Origin: Candidatus Bathyarchaeota archaeon B26-2
GTDB lineage: Archaea > Thermoproteota > Bathyarchaeia > Bathyarchaeales > B26-1
Length of the DNA: 55,278 nucleotides
NCBI GenBank assembly: GCA_001593935.1
Contig: LUCE01000007.1
Coordinates: 1-55,278 of the forward strand
Reading direction: 5' to 3'
Shown here: positions 44,955 through 54,748 of the stretch, piece by piece
Position numbering within the stretch: position 1 is the first letter of the stretch
Layout: the number at the start of each line of letters is the position of its first letter
Program-made: the position numbers and the translations under genes
The notes under the pieces: model-generated
The model's database searches: none
Seen by the model: the letters and a program-made list of their open reading frames with translations, nothing else
What the model was told of the DNA's origin: nothing

Positions 44955-47006
44955 GTGAGGGAAACGGATCCTAAGAGATCATCTAAATCGAAGATGCCTT
45001 GGTTTTTCAGCTCCAAAGAAGGCATAAGTGGGGATGTTCTCCCTCCCTGGACACCTTTAAGAGTGGAGTGGAAGACCAACTCCGCGGATGTTTATCCTTG
45101 GGGAAGAAAGTACACCCTTGGCCCAACAATCTTTCCCAGCAAGATCCTATCAAAGGACCGATCCATCCTATCGAGGCCGATCCAGGTGGTAGCTCGAGTT
45201 GAAGGAGAGGAAGTACAATGGGAAGGAACCCCCATCTCATTGGAGGAGGAGACTCCATCTAGAGTCGCCTTCTTCCAGAAGGCTGTGAGTGACACTCTCT
45301 TTCTATCTGCTCGAACAGAGGTTGAATATGATGGGATGATCCGGATCGACTGGAAGATTGAGCCGCGCCGCCGAACGAGTCTGGATGAGCTGACCTTTGA
45401 GATGGCTTTGAAGAGGGAACATGCCCGATACCTCTACCACTTTCCCGGAGGCTGGGGCACCGCCTACAACGCCGGGGCCTTACCCGAGGAAGGGTTCGTT
45501 GATGGTTTTCGTCCCTTCATATGGTTGGGGGATGAGGAAAGGGGGCTAGCCTGGTTCAGTGAGTCTGATAAGAACTGGTATAACAAGGATGGTGAGAACG
45601 TTACCGAGATTATCCCTGAAGGCGATAATGTTGTTCTGAGACTCCGTTTGGTGAGCGTCCCCCTCGAACTCTCCCCGGGAGGAAAGGTTAGTGAAGATGA
45701 GAAGATGGTTCCTCTCGAGGAAGGACCCCTAGGAGGCCTCGCCTACACCTTCGGGTTTCAAGCCACTCCGGTTAAACCCGTCACGAAAGACGTTTGGGAT
45801 TATAGGATCTTCCACATCAGTCAGAAGACGTTCGGTGTTAAGACACGGCTTAATGTTCCAGAGTGGGCCCTTGACCGTTTAGCCGAGTTAGGGGTTAAGA
45901 CCATAGCCTTCCATGAACATTGGACTGATGTTGAAGCCTATTTTGACACAGCGTACGGCGAGGACTTGAAGAGGTTGGTCAAGGCTTGCCATGAGCGGGG
46001 CATTCAGTTACTCTTGTATTTTGGGTTTTTAATCTCGGACTTGGCTCCCGAATGGCCCCTTCTAGGCGAGGAGTGCGTAGTTCTCCCTAAGGGCGGGTAT
46101 ACACCTTACAACTATCCGCCGCAACCGATCCAGAACGCCTATAGGGTCTGCTACAAAAGCGTTTGGCAGGATGCCGTAGTCGCAGGAATAGCTCGTCTGA
46201 TCGATGAATATGGGATCGATGGGGTGTATCTCGACGGAACAGAATATCCTTGGCCGTGTTCTAACCGAGCTCATGGCTGTGGATATATTCGGCCTGACGG
46301 ATCGGTGGCTTCCACGTATCCCATCTTCGCTGTACGTAACTTAATGCGGAGGATCTACACAGTTGTGAAGAAGCGAAGACCGGAAGGCCAAATAAACGTT
46401 CACAACTCCACATGCATGACTATTCCCACCTTAGAATGGGCAACAAGCTACTGGGATGGAGAACAGTTTGGGAGTATAGAACCGGGTCCACACGCTTTAG
46501 AAGTCCTTCCATTGGATGCTTTCAGAACGGAGTTCATGGGTCACCAGTGGGGTGTTCCAGCGGAGTTTCTCTGTTACGATCGACCTTTCACTTGGCAGGA
46601 GGCTTACGCATTCACCTTGCTTCACGACATCCTGATTCGCTCAAGTAATCTCGACGAACGGCTCGAGCTCGAGTCCCAGCTCTGGAGGCTGAACGACGAG
46701 TTTGGCAGAAAGGAGGCTCTTTGGCTCCCCTACTGGAAGAACGCTGAGTACGTCACCGTCAAACCAACAGGAGCCTACACAAGTCTTTATTGGCACCCGA
46801 AGAACGGCGTTCTAGCTGTGATCTCCAACTTGACTGGTCAGAAGACAAGAGTCGAGGTTAAATTTAACCTCGACAAACTGAACCTAAGTGGCAAGGAGAT
46901 CTCTGGCCAAGACGCATTGACGGGCGAGAGTATAAAGGTAAGAGATGGAAAGGTCCAGCTGGTTCTGCCATCAATGGGATGGAGACTTGTCTGGCTGAAG
47001 CATTAA
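44955..47006 (+). CDS. large hypothetical protein, possibly a glycoside-hydrolase-like TIM barrel (GH123/DUF4091-like)
   Basis: 683 aa with a GTG start. The N-terminus VLPPWTPL..VYPWGRKY and the central W/Y/D/E-rich barrel-like region are reminiscent of that family. This is recall-level similarity only. Confidence 0.4.
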   Translation: MRETDPKRSSKSKMPWFFSSKEGISGDVLPPWTPLRVEWKTNSADVYPWGRKYTLGPTIFPSKILSKDRSILSRPIQVVARVEGEEVQWEGTPISLEEETPSRVAFFQKAVSDTLFLSARTEVEYDGMIRIDWKIEPRRRTSLDELTFEMALKREHARYLYHFPGGWGTAYNAGALPEEGFVDGFRPFIWLGDEERGLAWFSESDKNWYNKDGENVTEIIPEGDNVVLRLRLVSVPLELSPGGKVSEDEKMVPLEEGPLGGLAYTFGFQATPVKPVTKDVWDYRIFHISQKTFGVKTRLNVPEWALDRLAELGVKTIAFHEHWTDVEAYFDTAYGEDLKRLVKACHERGIQLLLYFGFLISDLAPEWPLLGEECVVLPKGGYTPYNYPPQPIQNAYRVCYKSVWQDAVVAGIARLIDEYGIDGVYLDGTEYPWPCSNRAHGCGYIRPDGSVASTYPIFAVRNLMRRIYTVVKKRRPEGQINVHNSTCMTIPTLEWATSYWDGEQFGSIEPGPHALEVLPLDAFRTEFMGHQWGVPAEFLCYDRPFTWQEAYAFTLLHDILIRSSNLDERLELESQLWRLNDEFGRKEALWLPYWKNAEYVTVKPTGAYTSLYWHPKNGVLAVISNLTGQKTRVEVKFNLDKLNLSGKEISGQDALTGESIKVRDGKVQLVLPSMGWRLVWLKH

Positions 47007-47277
47007 AACAGAAAACTGAGATAAAGAAAAGAGGGGTGCAAACCCCCGCCAATTCTGACGGAAGAAACGCGTATTCTTAGCCTGACGAACACGCGTGGAT
47101 TATCTGATACTCTTAGGACTTGAAGAGGCGAGGCATGGCAGCTTTGGCTAAAGAATTAGGCATCCATAAGTAGCATTTCAGCTCAGACCTTCTCATGAGA
47201 CTCTTCACCGTTAAAACCTTTATAGGTGGTGGCTTCGCTCTTAAATCCTAGTCGTTAAAAGAGCCTTAGGGATTAAT

Positions 47278-48420
47278 ATGCTGAGGCTCTTTGCTACGGT
47301 TGCTAATGGCTTGGAGGATGTTGCAGCCTCGGAGATAGAGAGGATAACCGGAAGGTCCGTAGCCATAGGCGTTGGTAAAGTCTTCTTTTGTGGTGACGAA
47401 GAAACCATCTTCAAGGTGAACATGCTCTCCAGAACCGTGAATAGGGTTATGATACTCCTCCACCATGATAGGCTCGATGACATAAGCCTAGACAAAATAT
47501 ACTCAGCAGCCAAATTACTGAATTATAGGGGAATTATAGATCCGAACCAATCCTTCGCCGTTAGGGCGAGAAGGGTAGGAACCCACAACTTCACATCGGT
47601 TGATGTCGCATCCCAGGTAGGTCAAGCAATCATAGACAGCTACCTCAAAGAACGTGGTTACAGACTTAGAGTGAACCTCGACAATCCAGATATCGAGTTC
47701 ATCGCGATCGTTAGGAATGACGAGTTCATACTGGGATTAAACACAACCGGGGAGTCGCTTCATAAACGGCATTATAGAGTCTATAACCATCCAGCGGCAC
47801 TTAACACAACGATCGCCTCAGCCATGATCATGATTAGCGGCTGGAGACCTGATGAGAGCATGCTTGATCCGATGTGCGGTGGGGGAACAATCCCGATAGA
47901 GGCAGCCCTAACCGCGAGGACGGTTCCGCCAGGATACTTTAGGATGAAGGATTTTGCATTCCTAAAGTTTAGGTTCATAAACCTAAAGGCATTTGATGAG
48001 GTTGTTTCCAGAACGATCTCTGCGATGAATCATGAGTATTCTCCGATTTATGGCATGGATGAGAATGGGAGGTACCTTGAGGGAGCTATTATGAATGCTG
48101 AATCAGCTGGTGTTAGAGATACAATCTCCTTCATGTTGGGTGACGCTACGAGGCTGAGGAATCATCTCGATTTTTCCCCAAGATATGTTGTGACAAATCC
48201 ACCTTACGGGATAAGGATGAGGAAGGGTAGAATGGAGCCATTCTATAGAGGGTTCCTAGAATCCCTAAAGGAGGTTGCTGAGGGTTCAACCTTAACCCTA
48301 ATAACGGCACTCAGGAAGAAGTTCTTAAGAGCTGCTGAGGCTGCTGAGATCTCGATCGTCGAGAAGAGAGAGGTCCTCCACGGAGAGATTAGGACAACTA
48401 TATTCAAATGCATAATTTAG
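47278..48420 (+). CDS. THUMP-domain tRNA (guanine-N2)-methyltransferase (Trm14/TrmG-like)
   Basis: 380 aa with an N-terminal THUMP domain, the SAM motif DPMCGGGTIPIEAA and the catalytic NPPYG. Confidence 0.8.
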   Translation: MLRLFATVANGLEDVAASEIERITGRSVAIGVGKVFFCGDEETIFKVNMLSRTVNRVMILLHHDRLDDISLDKIYSAAKLLNYRGIIDPNQSFAVRARRVGTHNFTSVDVASQVGQAIIDSYLKERGYRLRVNLDNPDIEFIAIVRNDEFILGLNTTGESLHKRHYRVYNHPAALNTTIASAMIMISGWRPDESMLDPMCGGGTIPIEAALTARTVPPGYFRMKDFAFLKFRFINLKAFDEVVSRTISAMNHEYSPIYGMDENGRYLEGAIMNAESAGVRDTISFMLGDATRLRNHLDFSPRYVVTNPPYGIRMRKGRMEPFYRGFLESLKEVAEGSTLTLITALRKKFLRAAEAAEISIVEKREVLHGEIRTTIFKCII

Positions 48421-48483
48421 TTTAGTCAGCTGAGATCGTGCAGCACTCCTTATTTAAGCGCCTACTTCCATCTAATTGTTCAG

Positions 48484-49032
48484 TTGGAGAGAGCCAAGCT
48501 CTCCGGGATGCTCATCGGGGGTTGGGGGAGGACGAGTCGACGCTTAGATCGGTTAGGGGATAAGTCTTCTCCCAAGAGAGGAACCTACACCCTAATCATA
48601 TTTTTGCCTGTTGAGAGGTGTGTGGAGGTTGGGAGATTGGGGATATTTAGGCTTCAGAGGGGTTACTACCTCTACACCGGCTCAGCTTTGGGGAGGGGAG
48701 CACTAAGCCTAGATGGTAGAGTGGCCAGACATTTAAGGAGGTCGAAACGGTTGAAGTGGCATATAGATCATCTCCTCTCCCTAGATGATGTCCAGGTGAA
48801 AGCGGTCGTAACGGCTGAGACCGAGGGCCATATGGAATGCGAGATCAACAGGTACCTCAAAGAGAGCATGGACGCGGAGATCCCCATACCGGGCTTCGGC
48901 TCATCCGACTGTCATGAAGGGTGTGGAAGCCACCTACTCTTCCTCCGAGACAGAGAAGACCCCTCATACACGGTGGCCCAACTCTACCACGAGAAGACCG
49001 GTAGGATACCCACCTGTAGGAAGATACGGTAG
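48484..49032 (+). CDS. GIY-YIG/Uri superfamily nuclease-like protein (DUF123)
   Basis: Contains GTYTLIIFL..VEVGRLG..GYYLYTGSA..RVARHLR..KWHIDHLL. The start is uncertain. Confidence 0.6.
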   Translation: MERAKLSGMLIGGWGRTSRRLDRLGDKSSPKRGTYTLIIFLPVERCVEVGRLGIFRLQRGYYLYTGSALGRGALSLDGRVARHLRRSKRLKWHIDHLLSLDDVQVKAVVTAETEGHMECEINRYLKESMDAEIPIPGFGSSDCHEGCGSHLLFLRDREDPSYTVAQLYHEKTGRIPTCRKIR

Positions 49033-49058
49033 AAACCGTTTATGAGGAGACGGCGCTC

Positions 49059-49529
49059 TTGACCGATCTCTCAATCCGCCGGGCGTCAGCCGAGGACTTG
49101 GAGACCATCCATAAGATTGAGAAGGAATGCTTCCTCTCTGAAGCCTTCACCAAGGAACAGATAGAATACTTCCTCGCGGCACCCAACGTCATAAACCTGA
49201 TTGCGGAATTGAACGGGAAGCCAGTCGGCTTCGTAACAGGATCCTTAGAGAAATATGAAGGAGAGGTTGTAGGCCACATATACTCCGTAGATGTCTTGGA
49301 GAAGTATCGGAGGAGGGGAGTCGCCTCTAGGCTCATAGAGGAGCTGGAGAAGGCCTTCGCCCAAGAAGGGGTTAGAACATGCTATCTGGAGGTGAAGGTT
49401 GACAACATAGCTGCCCGAAGCCTCTACGAGAAGCTCGGGTATAGAGCCTTTGAGGTTCTGCTAAACTACTATGGGATTGGAGCCCACGGGATCCGCCTCC
49501 GGAAAAGACTGAGCAACCCCAGCCCTTAG
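49059..49529 (+). CDS. rimI: GNAT N-acetyltransferase (RimI-like)
   Basis: 156 aa with a TTG start. Contains IRRASAEDLETIHKIE and the acetyl-CoA motif RRRGVASRL. Confidence 0.7.
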   Translation: MTDLSIRRASAEDLETIHKIEKECFLSEAFTKEQIEYFLAAPNVINLIAELNGKPVGFVTGSLEKYEGEVVGHIYSVDVLEKYRRRGVASRLIEELEKAFAQEGVRTCYLEVKVDNIAARSLYEKLGYRAFEVLLNYYGIGAHGIRLRKRLSNPSP

Positions 49530-50188
49530 AGAGACTCTATCTCTTCTAGGGCCACAGCCCTGATCCAAGAGGAGTCTAGGCCTCTAACCTTTAACGGCAA
49601 GCCTATGTAGAAGACTCTGTCACCCTTTATCTGGTCCAGGTTAACGAGGCCCTCAACGATCGGTATATCGTTCTTTAAGAGGTTATCATGAGTCGCTAAG
49701 AAGTTTAGAGATGACTCAACCCTAACGTTCTCAACCCCGAGCATCTTTATCCTCTTCTCGGCAAGCGACCTCGCGGCTAGGGGAGAGATATATGGAGCCT
49801 CGTCTCCCTTGTAAGGGCTCCACATGAGGACGATTTCACCCTTCTTGACTCTCTTCAGGTGGAACGGCCTTATCGGTTGGCCCTTTCCGTCGATCGGCTT
49901 GAGATCGGCGAACCTCAACACAACAGCCTCTCCGATGAAAGTCTCTAGGGGCATCTCGGACGCCGACTTGCCGCCGTCTACATAATGAGCAGACATCTCA
50001 ACATGGGTCCCTACATGGGTCTCGCTCTCAATCCAATGCATGAACGTCCCGTCTGGAGAGTATCTGAACTGTCGGAGCTCGAATCTCCGAAATTCGCGTC
50101 CATGGAGATACTCACCATTCACCTTGAGAACTCCAGGAAGAACCTCCCGAGTAAGGTCGATAATTCTGAACCTCTTCAGATCGAGCAT
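49526..50188 (-). CDS. cyclase family protein (kynurenine formamidase-like)
   Basis: 220 aa with HVGTHVEMSAH, resembling the HxGTHxDxPxH motif. Confidence 0.7.
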   Translation of the reverse strand: MLDLKRFRIIDLTREVLPGVLKVNGEYLHGREFRRFELRQFRYSPDGTFMHWIESETHVGTHVEMSAHYVDGGKSASEMPLETFIGEAVVLRFADLKPIDGKGQPIRPFHLKRVKKGEIVLMWSPYKGDEAPYISPLAARSLAEKRIKMLGVENVRVESSLNFLATHDNLLKNDIPIVEGLVNLDQIKGDRVFYIGLPLKVRGLDSSWIRAVALEEIESL

Positions 50189-50490
50189 TCTAATGGCTCA
50201 CCCTTTTCTAGAGGGTCTCTTCAACGAAGTATTTAGTTCTTGCTATGCTCTCTTCTCATTAAAAGACGGGTTGAATATCCATAGATAGATATGTGATCGC
50301 TCTTTTGTCAGTTTGATCCTGGGATGCGTCTATCGGGTTTTCTCTAGAAGAGGAAGGTGAATTACGAAAATCGTCTAAACAGAGCTAATTCTCAGAAGAA
50401 TTATATAAATATCAGAGTTTTTATAAGGGTAAGTAAAGACCTTTCGGGGATGTGGTGTTGGCGAGACGTTCTGGTAAAGAGGCCCAGAGG

Positions 50491-50721
50491 ATGTTGAAGG
50501 CCATCGCGGTTCTCGTCCGAAATACTACGTGGAAGTGTGGCCGTGTGGAGCGACTGATAATTAATTATCTCCGAAGCCACCTCCGAATTCACGGTGTCCC
50601 TCGGACAACGGTAAACGATATGCTACAACATTTTAAGCTTAGAGGAAAGGCCAAGAGCGAGTTCTTCGACGCTCTGAGACGTTTGGAGCGACGGCACATA
50701 ATAAGGATCGATATGCCTTAG
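50491..50721 (+). CDS. small conserved protein, WKCGR-motif family (paralog of 35230..35469)
   Basis: MLKAIAVLVRNTTWKCGRVERLIINYLRSHLRIHG..MLQHFKLRGKAKSEFFDALRRLERRHIIRI. The track ORF starts at 50452. A TATA-like attatataaatat lies at ~50400. Confidence 0.55.
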   Translation: MLKAIAVLVRNTTWKCGRVERLIINYLRSHLRIHGVPRTTVNDMLQHFKLRGKAKSEFFDALRRLERRHIIRIDMP

Positions 50722-50746
50722 GGATGGCTCATAAATAAATGAGAGA

Positions 50747-50764
50747 GCGGTTTGAGAAAACCGC
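50747..50764. terminator. 7-bp hairpin with a GAGA loop between convergent genes
   Basis: GCGGTTT-GAGA-AAACCGC. It is flanked by a TTTGAGAAA direct duplication at 50751-59 and 50766-74. Confidence 0.3.
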
Positions 50765-50775
50765 CTTTGAGAAAT

Positions 50776-51270
50776 TTAGCCTAGGGTTTTTATGGCTTCC
50801 TGGAAGAGCCTCTTCACAACAGTTATACGAGCCTTCTGCGCTAGGATGTCTTTGCTCACGAAGTCTAGGGCTTCTTCGGGGCACCACTCAACGCATTTGG
50901 GTTCGCCGTCGCATAGGTCGCAGGTGAAGACTACCTTCTTGTTTGGATGTAGCATTATGGCTCCATAGTCGCAGGCTTCGATGCACCATCCACACCCGTT
51001 GCATTTGTCCTCGTCGACCAAGATTATTCCGGTCTCCTCAGACTGTGTCAGAGCGTCTCTTGGACACGCCGCCACGCACGGAGCGTCCTCGCAGAGCCTA
51101 CATGCTACAGCTAGGTTTATCACCGAATCTAAGCGGACAACCCTTATCCTAGACTTGAGCGGGTTGAAGGCCTTCTCCTTCTCGAAGGCACAGATGTATT
51201 CGCAGACTCCGCAGCCCACGCACTTCTCAGGGTCGGCTGTAATGAACTTCCGGGTATGTATAGTAGCCAT
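50776..51270 (-). CDS. 4Fe-4S polyferredoxin (four Cys clusters), AOR partner subunit
   Basis: 164 aa with CVGCGVCEYIC, CRLCEDAPCVAACP, CNGCGWCIEAC and CDLCDG..CVEWCP. Its start is 1 nt from the aor stop. Confidence 0.8.
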   Translation of the reverse strand: MATIHTRKFITADPEKCVGCGVCEYICAFEKEKAFNPLKSRIRVVRLDSVINLAVACRLCEDAPCVAACPRDALTQSEETGIILVDEDKCNGCGWCIEACDYGAIMLHPNKKVVFTCDLCDGEPKCVEWCPEEALDFVSKDILAQKARITVVKRLFQEAIKTLG

Positions 51271-51271
51271 T

Positions 51272-53161
51272 CTAATTAACCTCCTTCTTTCTCTTTCCAG
51301 ACTCCTTCTTAAGTTTATTTTTCACAATGTAAGCTAAATCTTCTAAACCTAGCTCCTTCAGCTTCTCTAGGGTTGGGACGCCTTCCCTCGTCCATCCGCG
51401 CGCCGCGTAGTAATCGTCGAGCATTAAGTCGAGTTCCTCTTGAGTTATATAGCTGCCCTTTGAAACTGTGTCGTCCGGTATCGGCGTGCTCATAACCTTC
51501 GGTGGGAGATGGTCGTCTTTCCTAGTGAAGCCCTCCCTTATGTTGAAGAGTCTACCCAGGTTGTTTATTCTCTCTCCTGCAAGCCTTAGCTCCTCTGCGG
51601 TCATCGGCATCCCCGTTGCGAGCGTGTAATATTTAGCGAGGTCTTCGAAGCCATCGTAGTACGTTCCTCTGGAGAACTTGCAGATGATTAGGGAGTCGAT
51701 GATCGTGTAGAGGTTCTCTATATCTATAACGAGTTTAGCCCTTCCCTTCTCAACCTTGAAGCGGTCAACGGTGCCTTTTAGGTCGAGGCCGTAGGCTCCA
51801 TGTCTGTTGTGATCGGCTCCTCTGAAGGAGACTGCGTAGCCGATTGCGGCCGTCTTCAAGCCCCGGATGTCGTATCCGGTCATCTCTAAGCCCTTAATGT
51901 GGTTTGCAAATTTCTCGGCGCCCTTACCGATCTTCTCGGCGGCTCTCTTGACACCCTCAGCCAACACGTCGCCTAAGCCCTCTCTCCTACCTATCATGTG
52001 GACAAGTTTGACTACGGCGTCTGCGTTCCCGAAGTTGAGCTCTAAGCCGTCAGTATCCTTCTTCGTTAGGATTCCGTGTTCATAACAATCCATGGCGAAG
52101 CCGACTATGTTCCCGGTTGAGAGGGAGTCTAACCCGTAGTAGTTGCAGAGTTCCATGGCCTTTAGAATAGCGTCCATGCGGTCGACTCCGCAGTGAGGTC
52201 CAAACGCCCAGAGAGGTTCATACTCAACCCTGACTGTTGTTCCTTTATATGGGCCTTCCGGGACAACCGCGATATGTTCACAACGCATTGCACAGGACGA
52301 GCAGCCGACTATCCTCACAACGAAATGTTCGTTTAGGTATTCTCCGCTAACCTTCTCGGCGCCCTCGAACGTGGCGTTTGTGAAGTTCCTAGTTGGGAGA
52401 GCTCCAAGCGCGTTATGGACGAGAACGTTGAGCGGGGTTCCAAGCGTCCTATACTTGGTTGTTGCTGGTCCTTTCATCCGTTCGTGGAGCATCTTCACGA
52501 ACTCTAAGAACTCGTCCGGTTGAGCCACGTTCACGTCCTTCGTTCCCCGGACGGCGATTGCCTTGAGGTTCTTGGAACCCATTACGGTTCCCATGCCAGT
52601 CCGGCCTGCAGCCCTCGTCCGATCGTTCATGATGCACGCTATTCTCGAGAGCTTCTCTCCAGCCAAGCCGATGGCTGCCACCCTTATGTAATAGTCGCCG
52701 AGCTCCTCCCTTATGAGGGCCTCAGTCTCTTGGGGAGACTTACCCCAAAGGTGTTTAGCGTCCATGAACTGAACGTTGTCGTCGTCGATCCAGATGTATA
52801 CGGGCTTTTCAGCTCTGTTCTCAAAGATCACAGCGTCGTATCCGGCTCTCTTCATCTCGGACCCGAAGAATCCATGGGACTTCGCTTCGCCAACTCCGCC
52901 GGTTAACGGGGACTTCGCCACGAAAGCGTGGCCGTTCCCGCCCGTTGGCGCTATAGTTCCGCTTAGGGGGCCAGTCGTAAGTATTAAGGGGTTTTCGGGG
53001 CTGAGAGGGTCTACGCCAGCCTTAGAGTTGTCGATGAGCAACCGCATCCCAAGGCCGATGCCGCCGATATACTTCTTGGCAAACTCCTCCCTTAAGGGTT
53101 CAGTCCTCACTCTACCACTCGATAGATTAATACGGAGAATTCTTCCAGCGTACCCGAACAA
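51272..53161 (-). CDS. aor: tungsten-type aldehyde:ferredoxin oxidoreductase family protein
   Basis: Starts (TTG)FGYAGRILRINLSSG, a typical AOR N-terminus, with GGAGGA 8 nt upstream. The track ORF (to 53350) over-extends across the promoter and into the tRNA gene. Confidence 0.85.
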   Translation of the reverse strand: MFGYAGRILRINLSSGRVRTEPLREEFAKKYIGGIGLGMRLLIDNSKAGVDPLSPENPLILTTGPLSGTIAPTGGNGHAFVAKSPLTGGVGEAKSHGFFGSEMKRAGYDAVIFENRAEKPVYIWIDDDNVQFMDAKHLWGKSPQETEALIREELGDYYIRVAAIGLAGEKLSRIACIMNDRTRAAGRTGMGTVMGSKNLKAIAVRGTKDVNVAQPDEFLEFVKMLHERMKGPATTKYRTLGTPLNVLVHNALGALPTRNFTNATFEGAEKVSGEYLNEHFVVRIVGCSSCAMRCEHIAVVPEGPYKGTTVRVEYEPLWAFGPHCGVDRMDAILKAMELCNYYGLDSLSTGNIVGFAMDCYEHGILTKKDTDGLELNFGNADAVVKLVHMIGRREGLGDVLAEGVKRAAEKIGKGAEKFANHIKGLEMTGYDIRGLKTAAIGYAVSFRGADHNRHGAYGLDLKGTVDRFKVEKGRAKLVIDIENLYTIIDSLIICKFSRGTYYDGFEDLAKYYTLATGMPMTAEELRLAGERINNLGRLFNIREGFTRKDDHLPPKVMSTPIPDDTVSKGSYITQEELDLMLDDYYAARGWTREGVPTLEKLKELGLEDLAYIVKNKLKKESGKRKKEVN

Positions 53162-53258
53162 TCTCGCTCCTCCTCGAAGGATGTCTGTAAGAATAGAATA
53201 AACTGCCAAATAAATATTTAAAGTTGTCTGGATTAAAAAAGGGAGCAGCACACAAAAC

Positions 53259-53270
53259 GATATTTTTAAG
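53259..53270 (+). promoter_or_regulatory. TATA box for tRNA-Val
   Basis: gatatttttaag ends 24 nt upstream of the tRNA 5' end. Confidence 0.5.
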
Positions 53271-53293
53271 AGTGCCAGAGGAGTAGTATCTCT

Positions 53294-53421
53294 GGGCCCG
53301 TGGTCTAGCTTGGTAGGACAGGGACAACCGAACCCTAAAGCCGCCCTCACAGACGATTAGGAGAGCCATATAACGTTGAGAACGGCGGAGGTCGCCGGTC
53401 CGAGTCCGGCCGGGCCCACCA
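53294..53421 (+). tRNA. tRNA-Val(CAC) with two introns (20 nt at about 26/27; 31 nt at 37/38) and encoded CCA
   Basis: Reads GGGCCCG-TG-GTCT-AGCTTGGTA-GGAC-A-[GGGACAACCGAACCCTAAAG]-CCGCC-CTCACA[31 nt]C-GGCGG-AGGTC-GCCGG-TCCGAGT-CCGGC-CGGGCCC-A-CCA. The anticodon intron forms a textbook bulge-helix-bulge: CTCA/TGAG helix, with CAG and AAC bulges. Confidence 0.8.
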
Positions 53422-53577
53422 AAACCTCTTCTTAAAACGCTTTAAGCAAATGTTAGAGGAAAATATAGCCATTCACCTCGTGAAAGAAATTGCTGGCTTA
53501 TCTTGCAAGAATCTACCATCTATGCCGTCCATAAATCGTGTTCAGCAGAATCTCAAAGGGGCTTGGCGTGGTTAGTC

Positions 53578-54582
53578 TCATGTGCTCTTGCTGAGTCTGG
53601 GCATAGTTAGGTCGGCTATGTCGACGCTGTGGTCGTATACACGGTTTATCAGAGAAGCGACTGAGAGGAGGAGCCGAGCTATCTCAGCTGGCTGAGTGCT
53701 GGCTACGGACTCCACTTCGTCATATAGGGCTTCGATCTTTGCTTGTCGATCTCGAACGGAGTTGGCTACAGAGATGTTTCTCAACAAGAAGGCGTTCACA
53801 GCATCTTCGTAGGCCTCATGCACAGCTAGGTGGAGGTTCAGTAGGCTCTGCGAAACCTCTCCCGCCAGTTCTATGTCTCCCACTTGAACCGCTTGTTCAG
53901 CTATCTGTGTTGATTGGTCGCCGACAGATTCCACTAGACTCGCCACGAGGCGGTAGTCGAGACAGTCTATCGGGTGAACCTCCAACCTCTCGCTCAGCCC
54001 CGGATTCTGGATTATGGTCCTCAATATTCTTACCAAGAGGAAGTAGAGGCGGTCGACCTCGTTGTCTCTGGCAATTACGCTCCTAGCCATCTGAGAGTCG
54101 CCCTCAATAAGCGCCGTAACCGCATCCCTATGCATACTCGAGGTTATAGAATGTTCACGCCTGAGAACCTTCTCAGGAGGGAGGGCTGACGGCTCCAAGA
54201 GGCACTGCATAACGATCCTAGAGTAGTCCTCCTCGATTATCTCTAGGCCGATGAGCTTGCTTGATGATCTCTTGATCCTGTCCCTATACTCTAGGCTGAT
54301 CCTGTCTTCAGCCTCTATCCGGATTATATCGTAGCCTAGCAGATACTTCCCTATGATCTCCCGGTCGATGTATGGGCCAGGCTCTATGGTGGCGACCGCT
54401 GGAGCCCTCTCCACATCGTACTTTGGATCAAGTATCAGACGCCCATCAGCCGTCTCTGAAGCAGCGATTAAGGAGCCTCGGGTAAGCCCGTTCCGTAACG
54501 CCCAATCCTTGGGAAGGGTGATGAAGAACGTCCCACCTCGTGTCACTTGGGTTCTCCGGAGGTCCATGCTACTCATCTCCAA
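53578..54582 (-). CDS. phoU: AbrB/SpoVT-domain plus PhoU-domain phosphate-signalling regulator
   Basis: 334 aa. The N-terminus GGTFFITLPKDWALRNGL is an AbrB-like swapped hairpin, followed by two PhoU-like helical repeats (D.EVD..Y). Confidence 0.7.
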   Translation of the reverse strand: MEMSSMDLRRTQVTRGGTFFITLPKDWALRNGLTRGSLIAASETADGRLILDPKYDVERAPAVATIEPGPYIDREIIGKYLLGYDIIRIEAEDRISLEYRDRIKRSSSKLIGLEIIEEDYSRIVMQCLLEPSALPPEKVLRREHSITSSMHRDAVTALIEGDSQMARSVIARDNEVDRLYFLLVRILRTIIQNPGLSERLEVHPIDCLDYRLVASLVESVGDQSTQIAEQAVQVGDIELAGEVSQSLLNLHLAVHEAYEDAVNAFLLRNISVANSVRDRQAKIEALYDEVESVASTQPAEIARLLLSVASLINRVYDHSVDIADLTMPRLSKST

Positions 54583-54748
54583 GAATGAAAAATTAGATTT
54601 AGTATAAAAAATTATTGTAAAGTATAATCTTGAAGCGATTAGTTTAGAGTTTTCCCTAGCTCTTTGTGTAGAAAAGACATAAAGGCGGGAATTGAGAGAG
54701 AGTCAGTGAGGTTGCGGCCGACAGGGTGGACGAGCAGGTTAACTCTCT

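Noticed and set aside
47131-47172. 12-codon ORF MAALAKELGIHK* resembling the start of an HTH
   Set aside because: It is too short to evaluate, and there is no continuation in any frame. It is possibly a chance match.
53162-53350. N-terminal 63 codons of the 692-aa track ORF for the AOR gene
   Set aside because: The segment is hydrophobic or low-complexity and unlike AOR. It crosses the AT-rich promoter and overlaps the tRNA-Val gene. A TTG at 53159-53161 with GGAGGA upstream gives the canonical FGYAGRILRINL AOR N-terminus.
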